The notes beneath the pieces are model-generated. The model was given only the letters and a program-made list of their open reading frames with translations, was not told the DNA's origin and ran no database searches. This document shows positions 40,050 through 53,032 of a DNA stretch of 64,000 nucleotides, in pieces. The translations under genes and the position numbers were made by a program. Source of the DNA: Kudoa neothunni (taxonomy: Eukaryota; Animalia; Cnidaria); assembly GCA_964304625.1 (NCBI GenBank), contig OZ199838.1, positions 605,059 to 669,058 of the forward strand. Reading direction: 5' to 3'. Each line of letters begins with the position of its first letter. Position 1 is the first letter of the stretch.

Positions 40050-40515
40050 GTGCAGAAATTTCATAATACCAATTAATATACTAAATAAAATATAACTAAA
40101 TGTTTGGATCATACTTATTAGTTGGATTTTGCTTTGAAAAAGTTATCAATATTTTATTGGTAATCTCTGACTTTCTTGAATCCTAAAGCATTGTTTCTAG
40201 ATCTATGACCGTAGATAACATTTGATAATTTTGTTTTCTGAAAAATTGGTATATTTTGCTCCAATAAATTAGAACATCATTCATAGAAATAGTAAATTTT
40301 TTAAATTATTTGTGGTTATTTGTAATTTTCACTCCATTATGAGACTTCACAATGGATTCTTTATTACCCAAAATCTTATTTAAAAAGGGTAGAGATTTTA
40401 TGTTAAAAATATTGAGAATTTTAGTTTTTCTGTTTTTTCCATTCGATATTATTTCATAATATGCCATTACATCTATTTTATCTTTCAAAGAACGAAGCTG
40501 TTTGGTTCTCTTCAT
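40050..40515 (-). pseudogene. pogo/Tigger (CENP-B-like) transposase N-terminal remnant
   Basis: MKRTKQLRSLKDKIDVM...ILNIFNIKSLPFLNKILGNKESI resembles an HTH-psq domain; degrades downstream. Confidence 0.6.
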
Positions 40516-41161
40516 GTTTCACACGACCCATCCTTCATCCAGAATTTGGGCAACTTTATTTCTAAGCTTAGTACCCACGAGTCATAAATTTGAGCTAATT
40601 CTTATTTAATTCGAATTAAACATAAACTAAGGTTTTAATAATTTCGTATAATTGTTATTCTTTTATTCGATTCATTTTAATTAGTAAAAGTATTGTGTAA
40701 GTCATTAAATCATGACAGGTACACACGAACCTTCATCTAGTGTATATATAGATAATGTCAAATCTAGATTTACTGAATTTTTTATGGCTGATTTTATAGG
40801 CACGGTAAAATTCAATCCTAAACGGCATGCTCACTTGCTCAATGGTAAAAATTAATATCGACAATTCTTCATTTCAAGTTCCTCACAGATTTTATTTTTT
40901 AAAATCAGCATTAATTAATTATTTCTGACCTTCCATTCGTGCTCTGGTATCATAAATAATTAATTATAGTAAAAATTAATGTCACTTGAATATTATTTAA
41001 TATGCCAACATCAACTCTTTTTTTGTTTATTTGGAAATGCGCATGACGTGTACCGATTTTTTTACAACTCATACTCGTTTTAAAATAGTGATATCGAAGC
41101 GATTTTAATAATTTTACTCTAGTTTTCATTTACTGTTTCCAAATAGAGGGAGAATAATGGA

Positions 41162-41240
41162 TTAAACCTCGGACCACGGATCTCGAAAATTAACGCGGGT
41201 GACGAAGGGGTATCATTATGGGCATGACGAAGTTTCGATA
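41162..41240. mobile_element. piggyBac terminus of the same family as the end at 7340-7414
   Basis: TTAAACCTCGGACCACGGATCTC...GGTGACGAAGGGGTATCATTATG aligns with the reverse complement of 7340-7414. Confidence 0.65.
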
Positions 41241-41511
41241 AAATAAATCAAGGATACATTAAAAATACAAATTTTACACGTCTTAAATCTATTAGAGGAC
41301 AGCAAAAATTGTTATATAACATTTTTTTGGATAAAGTTCAGTTCTTCCTCCTTCGACAAACGTCGTTTTTCAGTCATCGGTAATAATCGGACTACGTTTT
41401 GTAACATATAAACCCAGGAAAATCTAGTTTACTTCAATTAGTCGAAATAAATAAAAATTAATGTTTTCAAAAATATAATATTTATTATTTTAAATATTAA
41501 AAATATGTGAA

Positions 41512-43632
41512 ATAGGGTGTCAATTTATGCACCAAACAAAATAACGTGATACAAGTTAATTTACTGTTTTATTTAAAAAATTTGAAAACTATATATTAAC
41601 GAGTATTTTCAATTGATTTATTGATTAATTTTATATTTTATTTGTTATTTTTTAAACAAATGATAGATATAACGGTATAAAACCTAAAATAAGACTATAT
41701 TTTAAATATAAATAGTAAATATTTTATATTTTTTACATCACGCCCTTTATTAAAAAATTTATAAACTAAAACAATGTGTCAACTCATGAGAATTGTATCT
41801 TAATATAATTTTTAATAGTTTTTTGATGTTTATAAATCACTTATCATGTCATTTCTTTTTATTTATACCCTAATGAGCCTAAGTTAATGTAAAAAAATTT
41901 GTCTTTTAACTTAATTTTTCAAAGATTTTGTTATTTTATATAAAAACATTAATTATTTGATAAATATGTATATAATTATTCTGAAAAATAATAGGTTAAC
42001 ATTAATTAAAATAACATTAATAATGCAGTAATTTACTACAAATACTTATACATTGAAGATTGAAAAAAGACAATTATATAAGTTTTTACAATATAATAAA
42101 TTCTACAAAATGTAAAATCTTTAAAATATGATACAGAGAAAGAAAGTTGGGCTTGGTTTAAAAAGTGTTTTTGCGTAACGAACATTCCTTTCTGTGTGAC
42201 TTGAAACAGCAACATTGTTCCTATGAGAAAGTTTCATTTGACCTCCACAGGAACAATTAACTGATGTTGATATCAAGTAAAGTTGCTGGAAAAAAATAAT
42301 TCAATCTTCAGAATGATCTTTGAAGTGACGCAAGTCTTCAAAATTTAGATTATATAAATTTTCGTAAATGAAGATTGCAAGAAGCATAATCCGGAAAATG
42401 AATACAGCTAGAAACATTATTATTACCAATGGCGGGAAACCGGTGGGCGCCAAAGTAGGAGAAACTGAACTTTAACCATTTTTTTATATATAAAAGATAA
42501 AAATACATCTATGAACAAACTTTGGAGACGTGCATTAAAATTTGTAAAGGGCGAGCAAAAATTAATAATTCAGATGATATAAAGTCCCTTCAAAAATCTG
42601 GATTACATAATTACGTTATGATATAAACGGATACTGAACATGTTAAGTTAAATTATAAAATTAAGGAAATTGCACAATCACCACAATATTCTACTCGTAA
42701 AGTTTTTACCTTGGTTGCAGTAAGTGAAAACCTAAATAATTTGTCAATCATTAACGAAAGAAATATTATTAAAAATATACCAATCGAAAGAAAAATAGGG
42801 AATATTGCAATGTCCAATATTCTAAATTTTTGTGAAAAATTCTGCTTTTATCACACTGGCTCGAATGATTCTCGGCGCATTGTAATTTTTACAATCAAGG
42901 AGAATTTTGGACATTTATATAATTCCAATGTGATGGTACCAGGTGGAACTTTTGATTTCACCCTAAAGAGTTTCTACACCTCCACACCCCTAGCGGAAAA
43001 ATCCTCCATGAATTTTTCCCTCTGGTTTTTGTTTCAATGGCAAGCAAGAATTTGGATTTCTTAAATATATTAATAAATACATTAATCAATCAAATTAATA
43101 TAAAAATTCCACATAATATAATAATATAATTGTTTACTTTGAATAATCACCTTTTGTCGCTTTTAAAAATACATCACATATTTCAACTATTATTTTTGTA
43201 CATATCATTTAGGACAATGCGTTTGGAGGAAATTAAAAAAACTTGATATGTCATATAATTACAATCATAATGTTGAAATTAGATTTTTAATAAAAACTAT
43301 CACTTCGTTAACGTTGGTTCCTGAGGAAAATGCTCTAGTAGTATATGAAAAATTGTAGATAGAATTTATGAAAATAACTGATGTATCATTAGCGACATTT
43401 CTAGATTATTTCAAAAAAAATGTCCTATTTGGTGGTAAGTATCTTATACCGGCTTGGAACTCATAAAAGAGTCATGGAAAAGCTTCCATTAACCTCGAAC
43501 GATGCGGAAAACTACCATAAATGTTTTAAAACAAAATTCTGAATGGCCAATCCATTAAATAATTCTACTGCAAACAAATCAAATGAGAAAATGAAAATAA
43601 TCAGGGTGGTGTGCGAAAATTATACGCACCAT
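41512..43632 (+). mobile_element. MULE (Mutator-like) transposon, decayed
   Basis: GGTFDFT (DGTF motif), FCTYHLGQCVWRKL (CxxH), LTLVPEE, TFLDYFKK, PLTSNDAENYHKCFK; ends approximate. Confidence 0.8.
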
Positions 43633-44111
43633 TACGGATTATGCTTTTTTAAAAATTTAGTATAACTATATAATTAGCACATGGAATAGATTATTAATTT
43701 ATTTAACTATGTCAGTTTGTCATAAAAAAATTGTTTTTTCTATGTTATTCCAATGTATCGTAGTAAACAAGGCACGGTACGTTCGGCGAAATTTCGCCTC
43801 ACGATTAAAAATGAATATTCTAATAAATTTACGCAAAAATAATTTATAAGAAAAAGTCTTCCGTTTGGCAATTGTGCTACATGTGCACCCCTATCATCAA
43901 AATTCGTGGAATTTCCCAAAATCAGAAAAATAGAATCTAATTGCTATACGCAAAAGATAACAATTTTTTGACAGTTAATTATTAGGATTAGTATCTGATT
44001 TGTAAAGAAAAATTGGCCTCGACTTTAACACGATTTATGAGGTTAAACAAACAATTATAATAATATTTATACTATATTTTGAATAGATAAAATACATTTA
44101 AGTTACATTTA

Positions 44112-45125
44112 ATGAAAAATATGTTATTTCTGTTATGATTGGTTTATAAGTGTTACAGTAGTTTTTTTTCTGCATATTTGGTGGACTGAAAGTTTTACGA
44201 GCCTAAAAAATATCTGATAAAATTATTAAAAGTTACGTGTTAGCATCCGATTGACTTGAATTGACGGTTGTTGTTGCCACCCAATTAAAATCATAATCTC
44301 GTAATGAATAGTTTAATTCGTTATGTTGCAGTGTTTGGTGCTATGACTTCGATTTTCAAAGCGGAATTACATGTAAATTTTTGTTGTGTATGGGAGCTAA
44401 CGTTAATCTTAGTATGGTATGTGTATCATTATCAATATGGATAATGTAAGATATTACACTTATTCATTTTCACTGCACAGAAACGAAATTTCAGACGTTA
44501 AAATCGGTGAAAATTCTCAAAGTAAAAAAGAGTTTTGAGCTTATATGTATCTGAAAATATAATTTAATTAAGTTGATGAATCAAATCTTTACCCAAACCC
44601 CGACAGAATTTATGAATTAATTGCCGAAAAGCTCAATAAAGAATTTACAGAAAAAATTCATTCAATAATTCCAAAATTTTGTCTCATTTTAAAAATTTCA
44701 TATTTATATACTAAATCAAAGTATTTCGAAATAATTTATTTATATAATAAATATTGCAAGAACGGAAAATGTTTCCTATCTTCGTTCATTAGTTGAAAAA
44801 ATTGAAAATACACTCGGAAAATCAATTGGTCAAACAAGTCTGTGTTGTAAAAGTGCATCGGAAATCAGTCCAAAGTATGATGGTTTATATGAGCTATTAA
44901 ATTACAATATGGATCTGTTTGGAAAAGTTAATTTCAAATATTTATTTATTTCTTATATCTATTTGTAGAGAATAAAATTCTTAAATATTGTAATGAATTT
45001 TTACGAAGGACTTCATGTTGGCTATTTCACACCAAGTGAAAATACATTACATATAAATGCCGCATCACGTACGGCATACTACGTAAAGCTTGCTCATGAC
45101 ATGGCTATTTTTACCACAGTCAGTT
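44112..45125 (+). pseudogene. Multi-exon orphan gene or pseudogene of unknown function
   Basis: Exon-like blocks between short introns (ENVSYLRSLVEKIENTLGKSIGQTSLCCKS...; RIKFLNIVMNFYEGLHVGYFTP...); signal-peptide-like 5' part is interrupted by stops or frameshifts. Confidence 0.45.
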
Positions 45126-45774
45126 ATTGCAATAATATCGTATCGGTTTCTAATTTCATGGTGCTAGAATATATTCGAGTAATTTTTTTAAATCAAAAAT
45201 TTTTAGATTGGACTAATCAAAGATTATTTTTAAAACATTAGTTGATATTTTCTATTAATTTTTTTTTAATTATCAAAAGTAAACATAAAATATTCAATAA
45301 TAAGATCTAATGAGTTACTCTGCTTCCCTTAAAATTATATATTATATTTTGTATTTATATGAGAAAGTCCATCTAAAAAAATAAATGAATAAAATCCATG
45401 TCTATTTTTATGGTCGAACACCGATATCCCTAACATTGCGACACCAGGCAGATTTTTTAAAAATATTCATGGAATAGATTAATCTAGAGAATTTTCTTGT
45501 TTGCCAGAAAGTTGTCTAGAAGTGGTTACAATCTATATAAATTAATTGCAAGAAAATAAAAATAATGTTTAAATATCGGCTGCACATTTGCAATTTTACG
45601 AGACAATCAACAAAAACGAGATTTAGGAAATTTATTATTAAATCCTGTAATATAATTGAATTATGAAATAAGAAATATGTAATGGTATTCTAAAACTTTA
45701 AAATCTAATTTAAAATTATAATTGGTGGTTAGGTATGTCATTCATAGCTTGAATCAGACTAAACGTATTCCTAA

Positions 45775-48108
45775 CCCTTTTACGCCGAATGGAACCATAT
45801 GAAACCATGACATTGTTTTGGGAATTTCTCGGTGTGTATTAGTGATTATGCATAAATATATCCCATATGGGCATTATTAATTACTGCTTTATTTTATTCA
45901 GAAAATAAGTAACCGTATTTTTTTATTTTTTTATCAATAAAAATGAAAATTAAATCGATATTTTTTGTATAATAAACAGTTAATTTTTGATTGATAGATT
46001 CAAATTCTTGAAATTATTATATTTTCAATAAAAGAATATATATTAGAAATTATATAAAATTTAAAAAAAATGTATATCGCCGTTAATAATTCGTAAACGT
46101 CAAAGTTTACAGTGAATGATTAATTCGTGGTGCCATATGGCATTATTCGGTGTCTCCGTTTTTATGTTGGATTTACATTATCGTGGACTCTGATTTGGTG
46201 AAAAAGATTAGTGATAATGGGGATATTGTTGAGGAGTTAATATTACTACTTCATGCCGATATATCTGACGATGAAATTGAAAATTTGAAACCCGATATTC
46301 TCTCAGGTACTAGATCTGACACGAAGGATCATAACGACCATCATCACGATTTATAAAAAACTTATTAAACATGGTAAATGAAAGCGTCCTCATAAATGAG
46401 AAACTCAAAAAAAAGAATATTTTGGATCCTTATTCACATTTTAATATGTTGTTTTTCGACAAATTATTTGAATTAATTTGTAAAGAAACTAATAAGTATT
46501 CCAAAGAAAAAAAATTCATCGTTTTGAACTATCATAAACTAAATAAAGTTATTCATTGGAATGCTTATAAGAATGGCCATTATTAAACTACCTAGAATAA
46601 GGAGCTACTGGAGTGCTGAACTCAACATAACAACTATAGCTGAGAAAATGTCGAGAGATCGCTTCATGGATACGCACAAATTCATTCGTTTTTTCAATAA
46701 CAATGATATTGTTAAATTCTGTAACCACAAGGATTATAATCGATTCTTTAAAGTAAGGTCCCTATTAGACATCATTCGAGAGGCCTGTTTGAAAACTGAA
46801 CCCGACCACAATCAATGCGTGGATGAGCAGATGATTCCATTTAAAGGTAAATCTGGCCTCAAACGATATCTACCATCCAAACCTACTAAATGGGGGTTCA
46901 AGGTATTTACAAGAAATAGGTCTGGTGGTATTGTCCACGACTTTTTTTTGAAGATGGCAATTTTACTTACGATGACGAAAGCTCTTGTTTTCGATCCTCC
47001 AACATCGTTTTAAAATTGGCTCAGTCTATTTTGTTTATGGAAACACACACCACCTATATTTTGATAATTAATTTTCAACGTTCCCGCAGCATTCGATTCT
47101 ACTCAAAATGGGTCTTCACCCCATGAGTAAGATGAGAAGAAATCGCCTCCATAATTGTCCTATCTGTGATGATAAGACCTTTAAAAATTGAAAAGGGGCA
47201 GTTGCGAATACTCGTTATAGCTAGATAAAGTTTAAAAAACTAACACTGTGCGTTGGTTAGACAGCTCACTCTATTCCTCCTATGAGCACTATCGACAGAT
47301 ACGATCGAAAAGAGAAAAAAGTTGTAAAATCGATTGCCCACATGTCATCAAAATGTACAATCGAAAAATGGGTGGAGTGGACTTTTTTGACATGCTGATG
47401 ATTCTTTATCGATTGGACCAGAAATCCCAAAAACGGTATAAAAGGATATTTTTGAGGGCCATTAATCTGTGTATCCTTAACGGATGGCTTGTCTACAAAC
47501 GCTAACGCCTGTCAAAAATATTCGCCGTTTAATGGATTTTAATGTTTCGGTGAGCGAGAAATTGATGCATGCGAATCAGGTGGTAAATATGATGAGGAAG
47601 AGAGGTAGGCCGTCCACATCCGATTTTGTTACTACACCAATTCCAATGACAGCTAGGGTCTATAATCTTTCCGAGTCAAAGGTAAGTAAAAATGTACGAT
47701 TTGACCAAATCTCTCATTTCTCAGAATGCACAACGGCCAAAGTAAGATGTAAATCTTGTGGATTGCATTCCAGAACAATGTCTCAAATGCGATGTCCATT
47801 TATGCTTAAATATAAATAGAAACTGCTTCTTAGACTACCATATAAAAATGTAGATTTTTTTACGTTTATCTGCTATACGTATATTTTTTGGGAACGACAA
47901 TGTTTTTTTTAATTTTCGAACATGCTTATTACAATTTGTGGGGCCAAGGTGTCTCCGAATAATGCCATATGGCAACATTAAGTTTAATAGACTTCCTAAT
48001 TAAATATTTCTTGAATTTTTATGTAAATTATTAATTTTAATTTTTTAGATATTTTGACATTTTAAAAAAAAATATTATCTCACTCCTTGATTTTCAGGTC
48101 TCAAAGGG
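45775..48108 (+). mobile_element. Near full-length piggyBac (PGBD3-like), frameshifted
   Basis: CTAA-CCCTTT ... AAAGGG-TTAA; CVDEQMIPFKGKSGLKRYLPSKPTKWGFK, YNRKMGGVDFFD, C-terminal CxxC. Confidence 0.95.
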
Positions 48109-48112
48109 TTAA

Positions 48113-50250
48113 CCCTCCGGAGAAAGTGCAAAAATTACTACGCTAGAGCACGCATAGGGTCAAAATACCCAACGAAGAAAATGATGAAAATAAAACGTTT
48201 TATTTAATAAAATAATTATCGCATATATCTTTAGAATGTTTTTTGCTAATGTTTTCCCAACAAACATTGCATTTTGATTGCGTTATACGATCATTTTGCC
48301 TAACACATATTTGACATCTTCTGTCTGCAGTATTAGATATATGGTCACATTCTTTTATTTTTGCCTCATCTACATTATTATTATTAATACTTAAATTAAT
48401 TTGTACTTTTTCGACACATTTGTTGCTCTATCAATTGTAATGATGTCGATTTTAAGAATTATTTTCTCCGCACATTTTTCGTCATATTTAAACAATAAAT
48501 TACATATGAATTTATTGATACTACATCTAAGAGCGCATGAAATATTACTGACGGTCACCTGGTAGTTCGATAGGTAGAATAATTGGCACGCGTTTAGTCT
48601 ATCGTGTTTACACTTCCCTTGGTGGAATTATAAAATGGAATCATTTCTGGAAATTTCTTGAGATGATTTGAATCGATTATTGGTTTACGGTGAAAAGAAC
48701 TCAATAATATGAGAGATTTATTTTTTTTTCGAAGTGTATAACAGCAATGTAAAATCTTTGGTTAAGCCAAACATGGATGTGTATACCTCTTTTGTCTTCA
48801 ATGATAGAAATTCCGAAGGAATCTCCCTCTTATTTTTTCTAATAGTACCACATGTAGTGATACCACGTTTCAATAATTCTCTGAAGATAGGAACTGAGGT
48901 AAACCAATTATCTACCGAAACGTTTCTACCAGAACCTAAAATCGGTTCTACCAATCGCAATAATAAACATTAGGTGAGTTGTCAATTCTATGAATGCCAC
49001 ATTTTGTGCACCTAAGTATACCTCAATATTTAAGGTATAAAATGTTTTAGCATCTGCCATATTAAAGATTTTTATGCCACATTTTTCAGGTTTTAGAGGC
49101 ATGTATTGCTTAAAAATACAGTTGCTTCTGAACGCCCGAAGCATTTCGTCAATTGTTAAATATTCTGTTGGAGCATAATACTTTAAGAAATATGATTTTA
49201 TGTAGCTAGTAACATCTCTAATTTTAAATAATCTATCATTAAACGACTCATTGGCACTGAATAATCATTCGTGAAACGTAGACAGCGTTTCAATAATTTA
49301 TACCTATTTTGGCCGAATACTTTGTTGCAAATAGGGAAATCCAAAGATATCATCTGACCAGAGTTCATTCATATTGGTTAAATTACCTGTTTTCACGCCG
49401 AGAAAATAATGTAAACCTATAAACGTTTTTAATTCACATAAATCAAATTCAACGCAATCTTTTTTTCGCTTGAAATTAGTTTGTATTTTTTTGGATGATC
49501 ATTTGTAAAATGTAATGTCGTACAGTATTTCGTCTGTAATAAACAAGCTCCGTAACTCAGACTTCGTATTCACATTATCAGGGAGATTGATCCGATGCTT
49601 TTATTAAATAATATCATTTTATCTTTTTTTGCCAAACAAACCGACGGGATTAGAAGATCATTTATTATATTTTCAATCGAAGTTCTCGATTTTGACGGTT
49701 TATTTAGATTAAAAACAATGCATTTCTTATTATTCAATGATCAATACATGATATGGGATTCGAAAATTTCATCCGAATTTTCGAGATATCTTAAAATAAT
49801 CATCCAATTCCATCCCAGATGGTCGGTTTCTAATATTGTAGGCTCCAAAGATGTTCGACATTATTAAGGCGAAGTATGCTCAAACTAAATTTGTGAAATT
49901 CAGATTTTAAATTTATAATAATCTAATCAATAGAGTTCTCCCCCAAATTTTTTAAAACAGAGCGCACATGCAAAAACGTTTTCAATAAACGAAAACTGGG
50001 ATGAATGACACCCCAAAAATCGTTAGAGGTTTTTACTTTTTGGAAGTGGCTATTGGCACGGATCATAATATCCATCTAGATATAGTTTTAATTGTATTTA
50101 ATTATTTTTGGACCAAGGAGCGGCAGTGGAAAGTCAAAAACAATTAAATTCGACATATTCTAAAAAATAAACTATATAGATAAACTATAAATAGGAGTTT
50201 ACGAGATTTAAAATGGGAACCGCGTATGCGTAGATGTCATTTTAGATTAA
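48113..50250 (-). mobile_element. piggyBac (PGBD4-like), frameshifted; right boundary approximate
   Basis: Begins TTAA-CCCTCCGG; TIDEMLRAFRSNCIFKQYMPLKPEKCGIK, GRNVSVDNWFTS, GTIRKNK, YNSTKGSV. Confidence 0.9.
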
Positions 50251-50509
50251 AAACTTCCGTGTCAATAGCCAGTGCCTTATTTTTGTTAGTTTACTTATAT
50301 AATATATTTTTTTCTAAAAATCCCAAAAATGAAGCTTAAAATTATTCCACAAGAAACAACCTAAGTTTAGGCGTGTGCTATTAACAAGAAAAAAAAATTA
50401 TAACAAGTTCAAATATTGTTTGGGTGTAATACATCCCAAAATTGTTAATGTGTTAAAGAAAAATTTTCCTGTGATAATAATAATTATTGTATATATGATG
50501 TATTCATAG

Positions 50510-51260
50510 GTGATACATTCTGAAGGAACAGAACATTCGCAAAACGTATATGGTTACCCTTGCCTTCAAGTTACCCAATTTATCATTGACGTGGATGTAT
50601 TAAGACGAACGAATATATGTTTTAAAGACTATTTAAAACAGTTTCCCTTCATGGATTTATATATGGTGCACTCAGATTATAACTTTGATCATTGTTTACA
50701 TTTAATGAATTTATTATTGGAGGAAAAAATTACATGCGAATCTGTTTCTCGTTGTTGGTTTGATTTTGATCCCAAAAATTTTGGTGAACCCCATACTCCA
50801 TTATTTCATGTATTTTTTTTTTATTTTTTTCATGAGTTTATCTACTTGATTAATCATTATTTTGATAAATTAGCTAGTTAACTTTTTTGATTCACCAGCG
50901 GACAAGCATAGGGTATTCAGCTTGATAAGCCTTGAAATCGATACCAAACTATATTTAGAACAATTGATTACCAGAACACCCAATGTAATAAATTTCGTAG
51001 AATATTTCATAACTTTTAACTTAGCCCGATACATTGTCGAAGATAACCAATGCAATTCGCAATTTGGCATTTATTCAAAAGTTAAGCAAAATATTCCTTG
51101 ATAAATATGAGATGGTATTACATTTTAAAGTACTTTCAACTACTTTTGAGTTTATTTTAAGCTGGAACTTTTAGATACTAAATGAACTTCCGAATAAAAC
51201 AGAGTTACTGTTCGATCCACGCTTCCAAATGCATACACCTACCATGAGAATAAATCCTGT
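50510..51260 (+). CDS. Multi-exon orphan protein, Cys-containing; 5' end and exact exons unresolved
   Basis: About 100-codon exon after a TAG acceptor (VIHSEG...YGYPCLQV...TCESVSRCWFDFDP...LFH), intron about 50809-50873, frame continues LVNFFDSPADKHRVFSLIS... Confidence 0.5.
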
Positions 51261-51407
51261 TTTATAACGTCCATTTGAATGTGATACGGCGGTGTCTTCA
51301 TCTTATCTTATCAAAAAATTCTCTGTTATCCTTTCTTTAATGCTCCTCTACTTTATTCAAAACTAATAAAAAAATTTCTAGTCTACGACTCAACCTAAGA
51401 CAACTAG

Positions 51408-51483
51408 ATACAATGCAGCATCGCTCGCATGTAATGATAGAGGGAATGAATACGCATTACGTACGAGCGATGCCGCATTGTAT
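51408..51483. repeat. 29 bp inverted repeat with 18 nt spacer (mini-MITE or hairpin RNA)
   Basis: ATACAATGCAGCATCGCTCGCATGTAATG vs reverse complement of right arm ATACAATGCGGCATCGCTCGTACGTAATG (26/29). Confidence 0.9.
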
Positions 51484-51516
51484 TCTTTTAGATCAACGCA
51501 TCCTAAGTGTTTATAT

Positions 51517-51556
51517 CAGTGGTTCTTAATTTTTTTTCCTCGCGGACCCCAATTGG
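51517..51556. mobile_element. Solo hAT (Charlie-like) terminus
   Basis: CAGTGGTTCTTAA...CGCGGACCCC resembles hAT ends; partner end not found. Confidence 0.4.
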
Positions 51557-52042
51557 TTTAATGAACATATCCCCTCTTGTTTTAATACAAATTCCATTCA
51601 AAAACATAAAATTTTTTCTCTTTTGTTCCCATTTTTCACTTCAGTAAACGAATTAAAAAGATTTAAAATGAGTGATAAATTATTTATTTAAAAAGAAATA
51701 TTATTCAAGTTGTATATATTTTTAATATTAGTTTAATTTACAAAATTTATGAACCAAAGGAAAAACTTTAATTAATCATCTAATACAAAAATTTTATTAA
51801 AATATTTTATCATGTAAACTAATTATGTAGTGTTTTTATTTAAAATACATATAAAAAATCATTAATCACTAATACGTGAATTATTTTTGGTATTAAAACA
51901 AAAAAAAATAAACCTAAAAAATCCTTCCCTTTAATTTTTTAGAATTGATTAAAATTCTAACCAAATATAGATAATGATGCATATTACATGATAAAAAATT
52001 TAATGTAATTTTTTGAATTATTATCTATACATGGGTAAATGA

Positions 52043-53032
52043 TTAACCCTCGAAAGACCGACTTATAAAAACTTACGCGAGGAACCAACTGGGGTCATTT
52101 TTGACCCCAGGACTTTTTCATTTTTTTTAAAAGGTTAATTATTTTAGTCTACCTAGTTGTTACACTTATTGTATGTATTTAATAAAAATTATGTGATGGG
52201 ATTTCTACCACTGCTAAATTACTATTAAATGCTTACTTTGCTTCATAGACCATTATCCATGTTATTTGTATATTGATGTATATAATGTCTTATATAGATA
52301 GATGTCATTATGTTATAACATTTTCAAGGAGATAACGATAATAATTGAACATATAAATGAGTTTCAATGTTAATTATAAGCATATGACACCAAATATTCG
52401 ATTATTACAAACTCTGGGGGTATATAATACATGAATGCAACTGTAGATTATAATTTAATCTCTGATTATTAAACAGGGGGTTCCCTTCTCAACTAACTTA
52501 TAATTATTCAGATATGGAAACTATAAAACATTCTTAGTATAAATGTATATTTAGAGGCTAATAAAGGATTTTGTTGGTTCAAAATAAAAAAATGCATTTA
52601 TTACGCTTCTACCAATGCTCTAACACTTTTTAACCATAATTAATGTCAACAACTTTCTTTATAATATTTATTGTTTTGATATCAATTCGTAGTAACTACA
52701 TTTAAATAAAGTAGTGGCATATCGCTCAATAAATGTAAAATATTTAAATCATTAAATACTCTTTTTTTCATCGTAACTTTATAATTATCAATTACAGACT
52801 ATATTTTTTAATGAATTCTGAATTTTTGAGACCTCTCATTTAATTCAATATGCAAATAAAGACAATCTATTGAAATTGGGTCACAAACGACTCAAGTTGG
52901 TCCCATGAGAAATAAAAGTAAAATCCGTAAAAAATTTTTGAAGAAAGAATTTTCTGGTAAAAATAGAAATATTTTTACTATATAAAATCATTATTTTCGT
53001 TAGTTATTGTGTTTATTGCAATAAAGAGTTAA
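52043..53032. mobile_element. Non-autonomous piggyBac-like element
   Basis: TTAA-CCCTCG left, AAGAG-TTAA right; subterminal inverted repeat ACCAACTGGGGTCATTTTTGACCC / GGGTCACAAACGACTCAAGTTGGT. Confidence 0.7.

Noticed and set aside
46150-47819. Domesticated, active piggyBac-derived gene
   Set aside because: Multiple frameshifts and stops with TIRs retained; a dead transposon unless the indels are sequencing errors.
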